From Octopus vulgaris (taxonomy: Eukaryota): 64,000 bases of DNA. The DNA is taken from assembly GCA_951406725.2 (NCBI GenBank), contig OX597826.1, forward strand, positions 64,976,001-65,040,000, given 5' to 3'. Under the pieces are notes generated by a model. That model saw nothing but the letters and a program-made list of their open reading frames with translations, ran no database searches and was not told the DNA's origin. The position numbers and the translations under genes are program-made. Positions within the stretch are counted from its first letter, which is position 1; the number at the start of each line of letters is the position of its first letter. This document shows, in pieces, positions 39,306 to 51,433 of this stretch.

Positions 39306-39880
39306 GTGAGTGTTTGGTTTCTGGTCCTAATTTTACCAAAATATTCACAATGAGTTAAAGATGAAATAATGGGGTTTCTTATTAGGCTTACAAACTTTCT
39401 TTTAACCAGAATATTTCTGTATCTGTTTCTCCACTTACTACCTCTCTCTTCCTCCTTCCCACTTTCCAGCCCTTCTCATCTCTCCCCAGCTCCCTTTGTT
39501 TTGCCATCTCCCACATTTCCCTTCTCCCTTCTCATTCTTTCCTACCCTCATTATATTTCTAATTCTCTCATTTCTTTTGACTATATGCCTTCTGCTTTCA
39601 CTCCCATCTCTGCCCCTTTTCTCCTTACTGCTTCTTCTCTTTTCTCTCTCTCTCCTCACTTTTGTTCTTTCTTACCTTATTACTGTATTACAACTTTCAT
39701 TATTATATTTCTCATCATTATTCCTTTTGAATCTATTTTCTTTTCCTTCTGTTTCCTCCTTGTTGCTTCCTCTCTCTTTCTAGCTGTCTTCCTCTCTCCC
39801 TTTTCTACCCCCTCTCTCTCTCATTTTTTTGTCTTTCAAATAATTTTGTTTCCATTTTTCTCTTTGCATTGCAACTTCAG

Positions 39881-40146
39881 GTGAACTCTATGTCATGGTT
39901 GAATATTGTCATTTTGGGAACCTACGCAACTTCCTTTTGAGGCACAAAGATAGTTTTGTGGATACAATGGAGGACATTATGATGGACGAAAAAAAATTCC
40001 TGTTGGATGACGCCTCAAAGCCACACTACATCAATCATGCAGACTCAGATAACAGTGAACACCTGAATCGACCTCTAACTACAAAAACTATCATTTGCTA
40101 TGCTTACCAAGTGGCAAGAGGGATGGAATATTTAGCTTCTAAAAAA
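39881..40146 (+). CDS. VEGFR: Kinase exon, subdomain V, kinase insert and VIa (VEYCHFGNL...YQVARGMEYLASKK)
   Basis: ttcag| and |gtgagt; about 45-aa kinase insert. Confidence 0.96.
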
Positions 40147-41092
40147 GTGAGTCACTGTTCATCCTTCTTCTCATCATCATCATTGTTTTAACGTCTATTT
40201 TTCCATACTGGCATGGGTCAGACGAGAGTATGTTGTTGCAGAGTTTTCCACAGTTGAATGCCCATTCTTGTCACCAAATTCCATTTGTATCTAGGTGGGG
40301 TAATGATCTCTAAGTCTGTCAGATAGCAAACAGCCTGGGCATGTTTTATGCAGAGAAGTGGAAATAGCTGACACCATGTGAATGAGCCCTTTGTTTACAA
40401 AGACCATACCATATGACGTGACGCCTGGATGTGCTTTTGTAGTGGACTGCAAGCAAACAACACAGTCTGGAAGCCAAGAAACATGAACTCATGTGCACAC
40501 ACACACACACACACATGACAGACTGTTTTAGTTTCTCTCTACTAAATCCACTCACAAGACTTTATCCATTTGGGATTGGTAAAATAAGTACCAGTTGGAC
40601 ACTGGTCTCAATACAATTGGCACATGCTCTCCCTTGACACACACATATGCGCATGCACACACATGCATACATATGGGTGTGTGTGTCCGGGTCGACATTG
40701 TATGATAATGAGCAGTGTCCTTCATTTCCAATCTTCCATTGAAACATGACCAGCTATGAAGAAATTATTATATTACTTGAAAACAGAGTAAATGTTGGCA
40801 AGAGGAGGGGCATCCAGCTATAGAAAATCTGCTTTGAAGTCCATCTGGCCATGCAAGTATGGAAAAGTAGACATTAAATCTAGCCCAGAATGTTTCCACC
40901 CCATTTTGGGATATTTGATTTTTCCTAAATAATACTTAAGAGAACTACATAGGCTATTTTTTCATAGATTTATCTTTCCATTTTTTTTTTGTGTATATAA
41001 GTAGTTCCATATCACTATCATCATCATCTTTTGTGCCATTTTATTTTCTCTTTCATATTCACATTAATAATTTCTTTTATGTCTGATAAAAG

Positions 41093-41215
41093 TATATCCA
41101 CAGAGATCTAGCTGCTCGTAACATCCTGTTGGCTGCCAATGAGATTGTCAAGATCTGTGATTTTGGCCTTGCCAAGAACTGCTACAAATCAGCTGAATAC
41201 CACAAGAAAGGAGAC
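41093..41215 (+). CDS. VEGFR: Kinase exon, catalytic and activation loops ([13 protein letters not shown]...[21 protein letters not shown])
   Basis: HRDLAARN and DFG; AAG acceptor, |gtaagt donor. Confidence 0.96.
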
Positions 41216-41276
41216 GTAAGTTACATTTATATTGCTAAGCCTCATCAGTTATTTTATTTGAGATAGTTCCATATTA

Positions 41277-41790
41277 GTAACAGGATGACCTCACATGGCA
41301 GTAGTGTTACCTGGTAGTAACAGAATAGCTTTATATGGAGGTAGTGTCACATGGCAGTCACTGAATATTAAAATAATGAGATATGGGAGTTACAGAATGT
41401 CTTATATGGCAGTATTGTAACATGGTGATTACCGAATGATCTTATATGGTAATAGTGTCACACAGCAGTTACAGAATAACCATATATAGTAGTATTGTCA
41501 CATGGCAGTTACAGAATGACCTTATATGGTTATATTGTCACACAATAGTTACAGAATATTCTTACATGGCTATTATCACATGGTAGCTGCTGCTGATTTT
41601 ATATGGCCATATTGTTACACGATAGTGACTGAATGACCTTATATGGCAGTAGTGTTTTATGGTAGTTACTGATGACCTTATATGGCAGTAGTATCCACAC
41701 AGAAGTTACAGAATTACCTTATATGACAGTTGTGTCATATGGTAGTTACTGAACAACCTTAAATGGCAGTGTTGACATGGTTGTTATAAA
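41277..41790. repeat. 40-bp minisatellite, about 12-13 degenerate units
   Basis: consensus approximately agttacagaatgaccttatatggcagtagtgtcacatggc. Confidence 0.85.
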
Positions 41791-42060
41791 TTACCAGGAG
41801 TAACCCTGGGGTTACTCCTAGTCCTATCAATTGATTTTCTATTTTAAAGTGATGTAAATTAAAACTTCTTGTTAAAATTTCATGCAAATTTATGTTCTAA
41901 TCTTCTGTTTAATAATAAAGAAGTTATTTTACTATATTCGTTATTTTTGAAATTAATTGAAAGAAACTGTATAACAGAAATATGGTAGCAAAAGACTTAA
42001 AATTTATGTAACAGATTTTCATAAGAATGTTTGTTGATTATTGATGTGTTTGTGTTGCAG

Positions 42061-42131
42061 ACACCCGTTCCCATCAAATGGATGGCCATTGAATCTCTGA
42101 CACACAGAATCTACACAACGAAAAGTGATGT
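42061..42131 (+). CDS. VEGFR: Kinase exon (TPVPIKWMAIES...YTTKSD)
   Basis: PIKWM tyrosine-kinase motif; canonical splice sites. Confidence 0.95.
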
Positions 42132-42202
42132 GTGAGTTTCTGTTCTATTATTCTAACACACTTGCTTTATATGCACCAATACAAACAACATACATGTACA
42201 TA

Positions 42203-42229
<27 letters not shown>

Positions 42230-42233
<4 letters not shown>

Positions 42234-42420
42234 TATGTGTGTGTGTTTGTCATTCACCATGATAGATCACTAGCCACTAAACGTTTTTTATTTTCTCTCC
42301 TTGTTTATTTCTGTGAAAGAGCGTAGGCTCGAACATAAAAGACTTTCTCACTTCCCGAGCGTTAATCTAATACATCTGTCTGTTGTTTACACACCCATCT
42401 TCGTTTTTTGTAAATTCTCA

Positions 42421-42452
<32 letters not shown>

Positions 42453-42889
42453 CTCGCCTGGCCTCCGTGCCGGTGGCATGTAAAAAGCACCATCCGAGCA
42501 TGGCCGTTCGCCAGCCTCGTCTGGCACCTGTGTCGGTGGCACATAAAAAGCACCCACTACACTCACGGAGTGGTTGGCATTAGGAAGGGCATCCAGCTGT
42601 AGAAACACTGCCAGATCTGACTGGCCTGGTGCAGCCTTCGGGCTTCCCGGACCCCAGTTGAACCGTCCAACCCATGCTAGCATGGAAAGTGGATGTTAAA
42701 TGATGATAGTGAGAATTTATGAAGATGGGTGTGTAAACAACAAACAAATGTATTAGTTTAATGCTCAGGAAATGAGAAAGTCTTTTACATTTTGAGCCTA
42801 TACTCTTTGACAGAAAGGAACACAGAAATAAACAGGGAGAGAAAATAAAAAACGTTTAGTGGCTAGTGATCTATCATGGTAAATGCCAA

Positions 42890-42905
<16 letters not shown>
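42230..42905. repeat. Foldback element with ~190-bp inverted arms and a family-B SINE in the centre
   Basis: 42230-42423 is reverse-complementary to 42707-42905. Confidence 0.85.
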
Positions 42906-42956
<51 letters not shown>

Positions 42957-43312
42957 CAATGGAAGCAGCCTTAGTAACAAATATTGTTTTGCACATCCAA
43001 GTTAAGCTGCAGCAATCATCCTAAGAAATCATCTTATATAGACTATAGACATTAAGTGCTAAAAAGGCACAGATTATATTGCCAGATGAAATTTTGTCAG
43101 CACCAGTGAATGGGACTATTGTATCGTGTGGTTTTAGCACAATTTACACTTCATCATCAACATGATTTCTTAGGATGATAACTGAAGCCTTCAAAGAAAC
43201 ACATTTGGATGCACCAGTATATATGTATGTGTGTGTGTGTGTGTATGTATAGTCATCTGTATTTGTAGTACTGTAGTAATTCTATATGAATTCTTGTGTC
43301 TTTCTATTGCAG

Positions 43313-43353
43313 ATGGTCTTATGGAGTTTTTATTTGGGAATTATTTTGTCTTG
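43313..43353 (+). CDS. VEGFR: Kinase exon (WSYGVFIWELFCL)
   Basis: subdomain IX; ttgcag| and |gtaagt. Confidence 0.95.
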
Positions 43354-43702
43354 GTAAGTTCCTCTCTTTACTCATTATTTTAGCTTTTGAACAGAGAAAG
43401 AGTGCTACAAAAAACAATTCCTTAATACTCCTGTAGCTTATGCAATCTGAGCTTCTTTAGATTCATAAATCAACTTCAATAAAGCTGATGAGGTCTAAAC
43501 AAGACCCAAAAGAGGAGTGGTTCTTGTTTTTGGGTGATGGCAGGCCTTAATCCATCACTCAGTTAAACATTGCCCTCTGGTCCTTGTATGCTTTTAGCAA
43601 AATCCACATGTTGCCAGCACTTCAGTGTGGACTTCAACCTGAAGCTAACTTCCTTGCACTAGCATTTTTTCAACATTCAAATTATTTTGCCAGTATGACT
43701 GC

Positions 43703-44043
43703 TTTACTTGTTTCAGTCATTTGACTATGGCCATGCTGGAGCACCGCCTTTAGTCGAGCAAATCAACCCCAGTGCTTATTCTTTGTAAGCCTAGTAAACA
43801 CACCAGCATCAGTTGTCAAGCAATGTTGGGGGGACAAACACAGACACACAAACACATATATATTTATATATACATATATACGACGGGCTTCTTTCAGTTT
43901 CCATCTACCAAATCCACTCACAAGGCTTTGGTTGGTCCAAGGCTATAGTAGAAGACACTTGTTCAAGGTGTTTTTGCAGTGGGACTAAACTCAGAACCAT
44001 GTGGTTGGTAAGCAAGCTACTTACCACACAGCCACACTTGTGC
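43703..44043 (-). mobile_element. tRNA-derived SINE family A
   Basis: homology to the other copies. Confidence 0.8.
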
Positions 44044-44588
44044 CTTTTTAAAATTCTTTTTTTATTCATTTTCCCTATGCTTTTGAGGTACAAGGCCAAC
44101 AATTTTGAGAGAACAGGGTTAGCTGATACTGTTAATCAACCCCAGTACTTGGTTGGTTCTTTATTTTATCAACCTGGAAAGGTTGAAAGGTAAAGTAGAC
44201 CTCATCAAGATTTGAACTCTAAACATAAAGAGTTGAAATACAGCAAAATATTTCTTCCAACACTCTACCACTTCTGTTAACTTGCCACCATACATATCAT
44301 CGTCGTCCTCACCATTTAACATTCACATTTCCATGCTTGCATGAGTTAGACATTTTGATAGGATCCTTGGATTGTACTCCGGTCTCGGTTTTGGCATGGT
44401 TTTTATAGCTGGATGCCCTTTCTAATGCCAACTACTTTTTAGCTTGTACTAAGTGCTTTTTTTTTCATACCAATAACACGAGTGAGGATAGCATTCAGCT
44501 TGTAAGACTGCATATAATTCTTTTGATACCAAAAAAAAATTTACTTTACGTCTGACTAATCTTTGCAATCTTTGTCTTCCTTCAAAAG

Positions 44589-44688
44589 GTGGCAATCCAT
44601 ACCCCAGCGTCAAAATAAATGAGAAATTCATTGATTTACTGAAATCTGGATACAGAATGGATAAGCCTCAGTATGCAACTGATGAGAT
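44589..44688 (+). CDS. VEGFR: Kinase exon (GGNPYPSV...GYRMDKPQYA)
   Basis: subdomain X; AAG acceptor, |gtaaga donor. Confidence 0.94.
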
Positions 44689-45052
44689 GTAAGAAGTGTT
44701 TTGTTTGTTTTTATGTTTTTTTGTTATATTTTTTATATCCTTGAAATGAAAGTGTCAGATTAAATGTCAATGAATGTCGGATTATTTATGGTATGGCAGT
44801 TGAGTGTGTTTGTGATTGTGTGTGAATGCTAATATTTTGTTTGTCATCATTTGAGTGAAATAATGATATTTACATTACAACCTGTTGCTCTTTACTTTCA
44901 AAGACCTGTAGAGTAAAAAAAAATCCTTTACTTGAGAAAACAGGCAACAGTTGGTGATAGGAAAGCATCCATAAATAAAATCTTTCCTCAAAACTATTCC
45001 CATTCAAGCTATACTAGCATGGAAAAGCATACATTTAACAAATGACTAAAAG

Positions 45053-45095
<43 letters not shown>

Positions 45096-45317
45096 GACAC
45101 CAAGTATTCATGGAGGTGACAGGTTCAAAGGAATATTGTCAAGCCATTTAGAATAACAACCTCATAGCAAGAAGTCTGAGACTCAAGATGTTTAATCCAT
45201 AAATGTGTTTCTAGCAAAATATTTCATGTTGAACTCATAGCAACAGATTATACATATATATATATATATATAAATAAATAAATGGAGTTGAACGCAGATG
45301 CTATTCAAATTCTTTTA

Positions 45318-45403
45318 CTTTTGACATATGTTTCGAAGACAACATTGGTTTTATTCCAAAGGAATAAATGGTGTAGAATAATGTAATCTTCTCATCAGGA
45401 AAG
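45318..45403 (-). ncRNA. Putative type I minimal hammerhead ribozyme (Penelope-like)
   Basis: CUUUC-CUGAUGA-GAAGA...UCUUC-GAAAC-AUAU-GUC/AAAAG. Confidence 0.6.
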
Positions 45404-45652
45404 AAAGAGAACCTATCTCAACAACAAGACATTATAACAATTTTGAAGACTGCATAAATGATAAACAGAACGCTATTAAGAATTTAAAAAAAACCATTAG
45501 TAGATCCAACATCAAAGGCAGACCCTAGGAAGAGAAGGGGTAAAGAAATAATAAATAGAGAACAAATAAAGAGGGATATATTGGTTGAAAAACTGTTCAA
45601 AGGCTTGGAAGTAGATTGATGATGATGGTGGTTGTCTTGTTTTAATTTACAG

Positions 45653-45758
45653 ATACAAAGTTATGTGTGATTGTTGGAAGGTTGAACCAGGACAAAGACC
45701 TACATTTTCTCGACTTGCAGATACAATGGGCAGTTTTCTAGAAGCTGGAGTCAAGCAA
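45653..45758 (+). CDS. VEGFR: Kinase exon (YKVMCDCWKVEPGQRPTFS)
   Basis: subdomain XI CW...RP.F; canonical splice sites. Confidence 0.95.
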
Positions 45759-46421
45759 GTATGTTTGCATTTCAACCACTTATAATTTGTCATATTCTAG
45801 CTACTGTAATACTTATTTGTGATACTAACCAAGCTACAACTGCATTTCTTATGAAGTAGAAAAACTATTTAATTGATTTATTTAATTACTATATTTGCCT
45901 GATAAATACCAATTCTAAAATAGGTATTCCATTTTTGTGCTTGGTTCTCTTACCCATAACATTGTATGTAATTAGTTAGAACGATGACTGCACAGTTACC
46001 TTCCTTCTGTACACATACCTCATTTTACACTTTCCACACTTCAGGTACAGATCTAATCTCAAATCAGTGTATATCATTTCTATCACATTGTTTATATAAA
46101 TAAGCAAACATTAAATAAAACAATGATAGTAGTGGTTTATTCAATAATCAAGACAGCCAAATATCTTCATTTTATGTATACAATCTTTTAACGTTGCATG
46201 ATATCATTATAGACATCTCAGGTCTAACTAAAGTGATATTTACAATAAAAATTATCACTAAAAAAACAATAAAACTCTCATAAATGACCAACCAAATTAT
46301 TATGGACCAAAAGCAAAATATAGATTTAAGATATTGATGATGATTGCTTTCTGTTTTCTTTTCTGTGACTCATTTATACATATATACATATTTTTTTTAT
46401 TTTGCTTTTTCTTTTTCATAG

Positions 46422-46943
46422 TACTACTTAGATCTGAGCCAAACCTATGTGGACTTACCTACAGAAAATTGTCAAGATGGCTATCTGAAAATGGATGGAC
46501 TTGAGTATACAAAGATGTCTCCTCAAGTGCCTGATATCGACGCGGACACCCTGTCAAGCCACTCCAGCCAAGCAGCAGCTATGCAAGAATACATGAACCC
46601 ACGTTGGGCTAATGAAGAAGCTGAAAAATATGAACTGGAAGCTATGCTCCTTTCCAATGGTTCTTGTCTGCAGCCACAGGATGCAAATTCTAAACACACT
46701 AAAGCCCAAGTACACCATCAGGAAGATAGTGACAGTGGTCATTCAAGTGCCTATGCTCCTGGAACATCTCCGAATATCAATAACGATGAATATTTATTAC
46801 CTCAGAGCATCGCATGTAAGAAAGCTGACGATTTGTTAACAGGTGACAATTTGGATTCCTTTGGTTCCCCATATCCTTATAATGATGTGGCACCTCCAGA
46901 CTACAGTGCTGTGATGGAAGATGTTGGAGAAAAAGCCTTATGA
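46422..46943 (+). CDS. VEGFR: Last coding exon, cytoplasmic tail (YYLDLSQTY...DVGEKAL*)
   Basis: ttcatag| in phase 0; open frame rich in Tyr docking motifs up to TGA. Confidence 0.9.
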   Translation, partial: YYLDLSQTYVDLPTENCQDGYLKMDGLEYTKMSPQVPDIDADTLSSHSSQAAAMQEYMNPRWANEEAEKYELEAMLLSNGSCLQPQDANSKHTKAQVHHQEDSDSGHSSAYAPGTSPNINNDEYLLPQSIACKKADDLLTGDNLDSFGSPYPYNDVAPPDYSAVMEDVGEKAL

Positions 46944-49900
46944 AAGAGTTCATTTGTTTCTTTTAAATGAAATTAATGACAGACTAAAGCTGTTCCTATG
47001 CAGTTTCCTGCAAATCCCTGACAAGGTGTTTCTGGATTGTTTTTTTTTTTTTCTTAGGTGTGTGTGCATGTTCTGGGAATATAAATAAATATATTCTAGG
47101 ATTATTTAATATCTCCAGAGATAGCAGATATGCAACATCAAATCTAAGAATCAAGCAGAAATGATGCTTGGTCAAGGAAAACTGAACAAAGTAATCAAAA
47201 AAACTAATTGCTCCACTGCAGTTACTTTTGTACATAAACTATACTAAAGTGCATAAACTATACATTTTTCTACAGAAATCAAATTCTTGATAGAAAAACC
47301 AGCTTTTTTTTTTATGTATTAAAAACAAAAAAACATTCTCTTTCTTTTCACACTATTTTAAATATATTTTTATTATTATTCCATAATTGTTTATATTTTT
47401 AAATTCCATTCATCATCCTTCTGTTTTACTTTTTAAAAAACTGTAGTTCACACCAATCTTATATCATTTCATTTCATCTGGAGTTGGGGGGGTCATAGTA
47501 TTTAGGGTTGGCTAACATATCAAGGAAGAACTTAGTTAAGATTACTTGGAAATTTATTCCATGTTCTGAAATCTGTTTGGATTGTTTCTTTAATAAAATG
47601 TTACAACACATTATGAGGATGAACTTGTACAGAAAGCATCTGTGGTTGTTTCTTTTAGCAATGGTTTATGAACAAACTGGGGTTTGCTATCATATTTTTA
47701 CATGTGTCTATATCTGTATGTGATGTGATCAGCAATTGCAAATATACTGTGGAAAGCCAGCTAGATATTATTTTTGAAGTTCCAATCATTCAACTAAATT
47801 TTTTAACTTTTAAACTTTTGGACCTACGTTTTTTCTTTTTTTAGTTTACTTTTAGGTTGGAATTTGGTTAGTTTTTCTGCCAATGATGGCTTTTTACCTA
47901 TTCTAAATTTTTTCAACACTTCATATAAAATATAAATTAAAATTTAGCATCTTCAAATTGCCCAAATTAAATATGTTGTTCTGTAGCAATTGGGTTTCAT
48001 GCTAATCAAGGTATTTACATCAAATTCTTTGGCAGATATTTTAGCCGGTTGCTCCCTTTTTTTTAAACCAAAACTCTGACAAAGTCAGAATAATACTTTG
48101 ATTTCCTCTCACTAAACTGATATAAGCAGAGGTGTGTATCTTGTCCAAGAACAGCTTACACCTACATTTTTGAGTGGTTAAATCACTGTAGAGTTCAGTA
48201 ATATTTTCTTTTAAGACCATCAATGAATGAAAAAAAAAACTAAAATCCTTTTTAAAAAAATCAAACTCATGATGATGATGACGACGACCAAATTTAAAAT
48301 CTAAAAGTAAAACATTTTGTCATGAAATTAATGACCATACTCATGTTCATTTATATTTGGTCAATCTAGAACCATTACTTGTTCACTATTAAAAGTCTGT
48401 TGCAGGAATCAATGAAAGAATAAAATCTTCTTCATGATATTCTACAAATACATGAATTCATTTTACCACACATGTAATGTACAGCTTCAATGTACATTAC
48501 ACCACTCAAATCAGTAGTTCTAAATTGCAACCATCTTTCATTCTCAGTGCCTTCATCAAACAAATTCTTCCATTATTTTCAGTAGCCAAACTGTGAGACC
48601 CTGTTACACTTGTTGCCAACACAGTATAATATTCATTTTATACTGGCATTACTCAACGATGTCATCAATTTTAACTAAATAATTTCCTTCTCTTATACAT
48701 ACATGGCTGTATGATTAAGAAGTTTGTTTCACAACTGTGTGGTTTCAATTCCACTGCACGACATGTTTTCTAATCATGGCCTTTATTCAACCAAAACTTT
48801 TTGGGTAAAATTTCAGAGATGGACTGTTGCTGTTAGTGGTTGGTAGGTTTGATCCAAGACCAGTAGAGTCTGTTCTGTTGCAAGTATGTGGGCCAAGCCA
48901 GGTCTGTGGTCTGAAGATAACTCCCTCCTTTTCTCCTATCAGCCTTGGAGGCCCTAATAAAAGTGATGGATATTGCTCTTACTTCTGATGATTATAAAAA
49001 ATACACAAAAGAAAATAATTGGTTTATATAACTTGACCAAAGAATGGATTTAGCATTATTTCATATCCTCTGAAAACCTGTGTGTGTGTGTGTGTGTGTG
49101 AAAGAGAGAGAGAGAGATGCAGTGGTCAGTCGCCTTTACACCGTGTTATCTTACCATATGGCAACTGGAGGTGAACTCTTATTAAGTTGATATTATGAAA
49201 TGGTTTCAGTTCTAGATTAGAACCATTTCAGTTTATGTTTACTGCTAATATATTTCAGAATATGATCAACATCACAAAATCCCCATTTTCTGTAGACTTT
49301 AATCAGAAGAAATCAGTGTTTATTCATCTGCTCTGAAATTTTAGTTAAATAGTTAATAGTTACAGATTTTTTTTTTTTTTTTTTGAGAAATGAATAAAAT
49401 CTTCTGTTATTAGTATATTTTTAACCAGTTTAAAATCTTGATTTATACAGCATATGATTATATTGTGCATCAGTCATAATTTCCTGTATTCAGTCACCAA
49501 AAGATTAGTTGCCACAATTTTCTTTTTTTTTTACCTTTTAACGTTTTTTCGAAATGAAATTTTTTTTTCGCAAGTTCTTTAAATGTTAAATATGTTGCTT
49601 CACATTTATCCTATATGCCATATGCAAAACTAACCAATTCAGTTACACAAAAAGCAAAATATGATAGGGATATACATATACAAATGCATAGCAAGGTTTG
49701 GTTGTTTGGTTGAAAAGTTTATAAATGGCACTTTAGGTAAGTGTCACCTGGTATGGCCTTGAGTTGAGCAATAGTTTATAGGTGAAAATTGGTGGACAAA
49801 AATTGTACAGAAGTGTGTCTTGTTCATAGATATATGTATAAACATATGTATGTGTATATCGGCAAGAAATAACTGATAAATTGATTAGTAAGATGGAAAT

Positions 49901-51192
49901 ATCTTGAGATAATTGTTCCATCTAAGTTGTACAGACAATTCCTTGTCATAGATGCAGTGAATCAATGATAGATCTGTTGGAAACCTCTAGCCAATGACAT
50001 GATATATATATATATTTATAAAGAAAGAAAGAAAGCAAATTTTTAGTTTTTGTTGAAGAATTTTTTTGGTTTTTAAAATTGATTGTTCTTCCTACTAGCA
50101 AGAGCAAGTAAAGTTATGTACCTTACTTATAGACAACACAATGGATGAAATGAGATTTGAACTCCTGATCATCATCATCGTTCAACATCCATCTTTCCAT
50201 GCATGCATGGGTGTGACAGTTGACAGGAGCTGGCCAGGTAGAAAACTACCCTGGGCTATTATGTTTGTTTTGGCAGGGTTTTTTATGACTGGATGCCCTT
50301 CCTAACATCAACCACTCTACAGAGTGATCTCAGTGCTTTTTACGTGGTGCTAACACCGGCGAGGTTAGTTTTGGCATGATTTTTACAGCTGGATGCCCTT
50401 CCAAATGCCAACCACTTTACAGTGTGGACGAGATGCTTTTTACATGGCACCAGCACTGGCAGGGTCACCAAGTAACTTGCAAGGTGAGGAATTTTGAGAG
50501 GAGCAGGGGCATTTGAAGAGGGGAACATGTGTCAGAGGATGAAAGATTAGAGTGTGACAGAGAGGCAGAAACAGGTGTCTTGCTATAATCGGTTTTTGTT
50601 AATCTTCCTGGACTTCATAGCCACTATGCCTCATATATAACCATATATATAATCAAATGATTATATATGAACAGCCATACCTCATATACAATCATTCCCT
50701 ACCCCTGCTACCTTTGTTTGTCATTGTTGCATCTACTGAAGTTATTCAGTAATCCTGAATAGTAAAAATGTTTATTTATTTATCACTAGCAAACTCATGT
50801 ATACCCAAAATCTTGTTCTGCCTGACTGAAAGAGAGAAATTAGTTTGATGATGATGATGATGATGGTGGTGGTGATTGTTATTATTAAAATGATGTGATC
50901 TTATAGAATGTTACATATACTCTTTAACTTGTAAAACTCTTTACAGCTAATTCTAATCAGTAAACAAGGTATGGGATCAAATAGATAGACATAAGTCATA
51001 GGAATATTTTAGTATTCACAATTTTCTCTGAAATTCTCATTAACATTCCATTCTGCTGCTGACCACAGACTAGTCATTAACAACACAGATTTTATGTGCG
51101 TTAACACACATATATCCATCCAACAAACATCCTTGCACCCATGTATCCAATCTGTGTGTGAATGTGAGCTACATTTCTCATTGTAGATTAAA

Positions 51193-51298
51193 GTATGTGT
51201 ATATATATATGTGTGTGTGTATATACATATGCATTATGTATATATATGTATGTATGCATTATGTGTGTGTATATATATGTATGTATGCATTATGTGTG

Positions 51299-51333
<35 letters not shown>

Positions 51334-51433
51334 ATGTATCACGTGTGTGTATATATATGTATGTATGCATTATGTGTATATGTATATATATATATATATA
51401 TGTGTGTATGTATGTGTGCATTATGTATATATA
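51193..51433. repeat. Compound microsatellite (TA/TG with recurring atgcattatg)
   Basis: direct inspection. Confidence 0.85.

Larger units (their letters stand above)
2710..46943 (+). other. VEGFR: VEGFR/PVR-family receptor tyrosine kinase gene span (5' end, signal peptide and Ig1-2 lie upstream of the window)
   Basis: Phase-compatible GT-AG exons give five Ig domains, including a Cys-less Ig equivalent to VEGFR D4. These are followed by a TM helix, the LPYDSRWEFPKERLRLG juxtamembrane motif and a split tyrosine kinase ([21 protein letters not shown]). Orthology to VEGFR versus PDGFR is inferred from motif similarity. Confidence 0.92.

Noticed and set aside
39369-39884. 171-aa hydrophobic ORF
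   Set aside because: Translation of a CT-rich intronic tract
41277-41790. CRISPR-like array
   Set aside because: Contiguous tandem units without unique spacers, eukaryotic intron, no cas genes
42085-42093. AIE in place of the APE kinase motif
   Set aside because: Known variation in active RTKs (RET has MAIES); catalytic residues are intact
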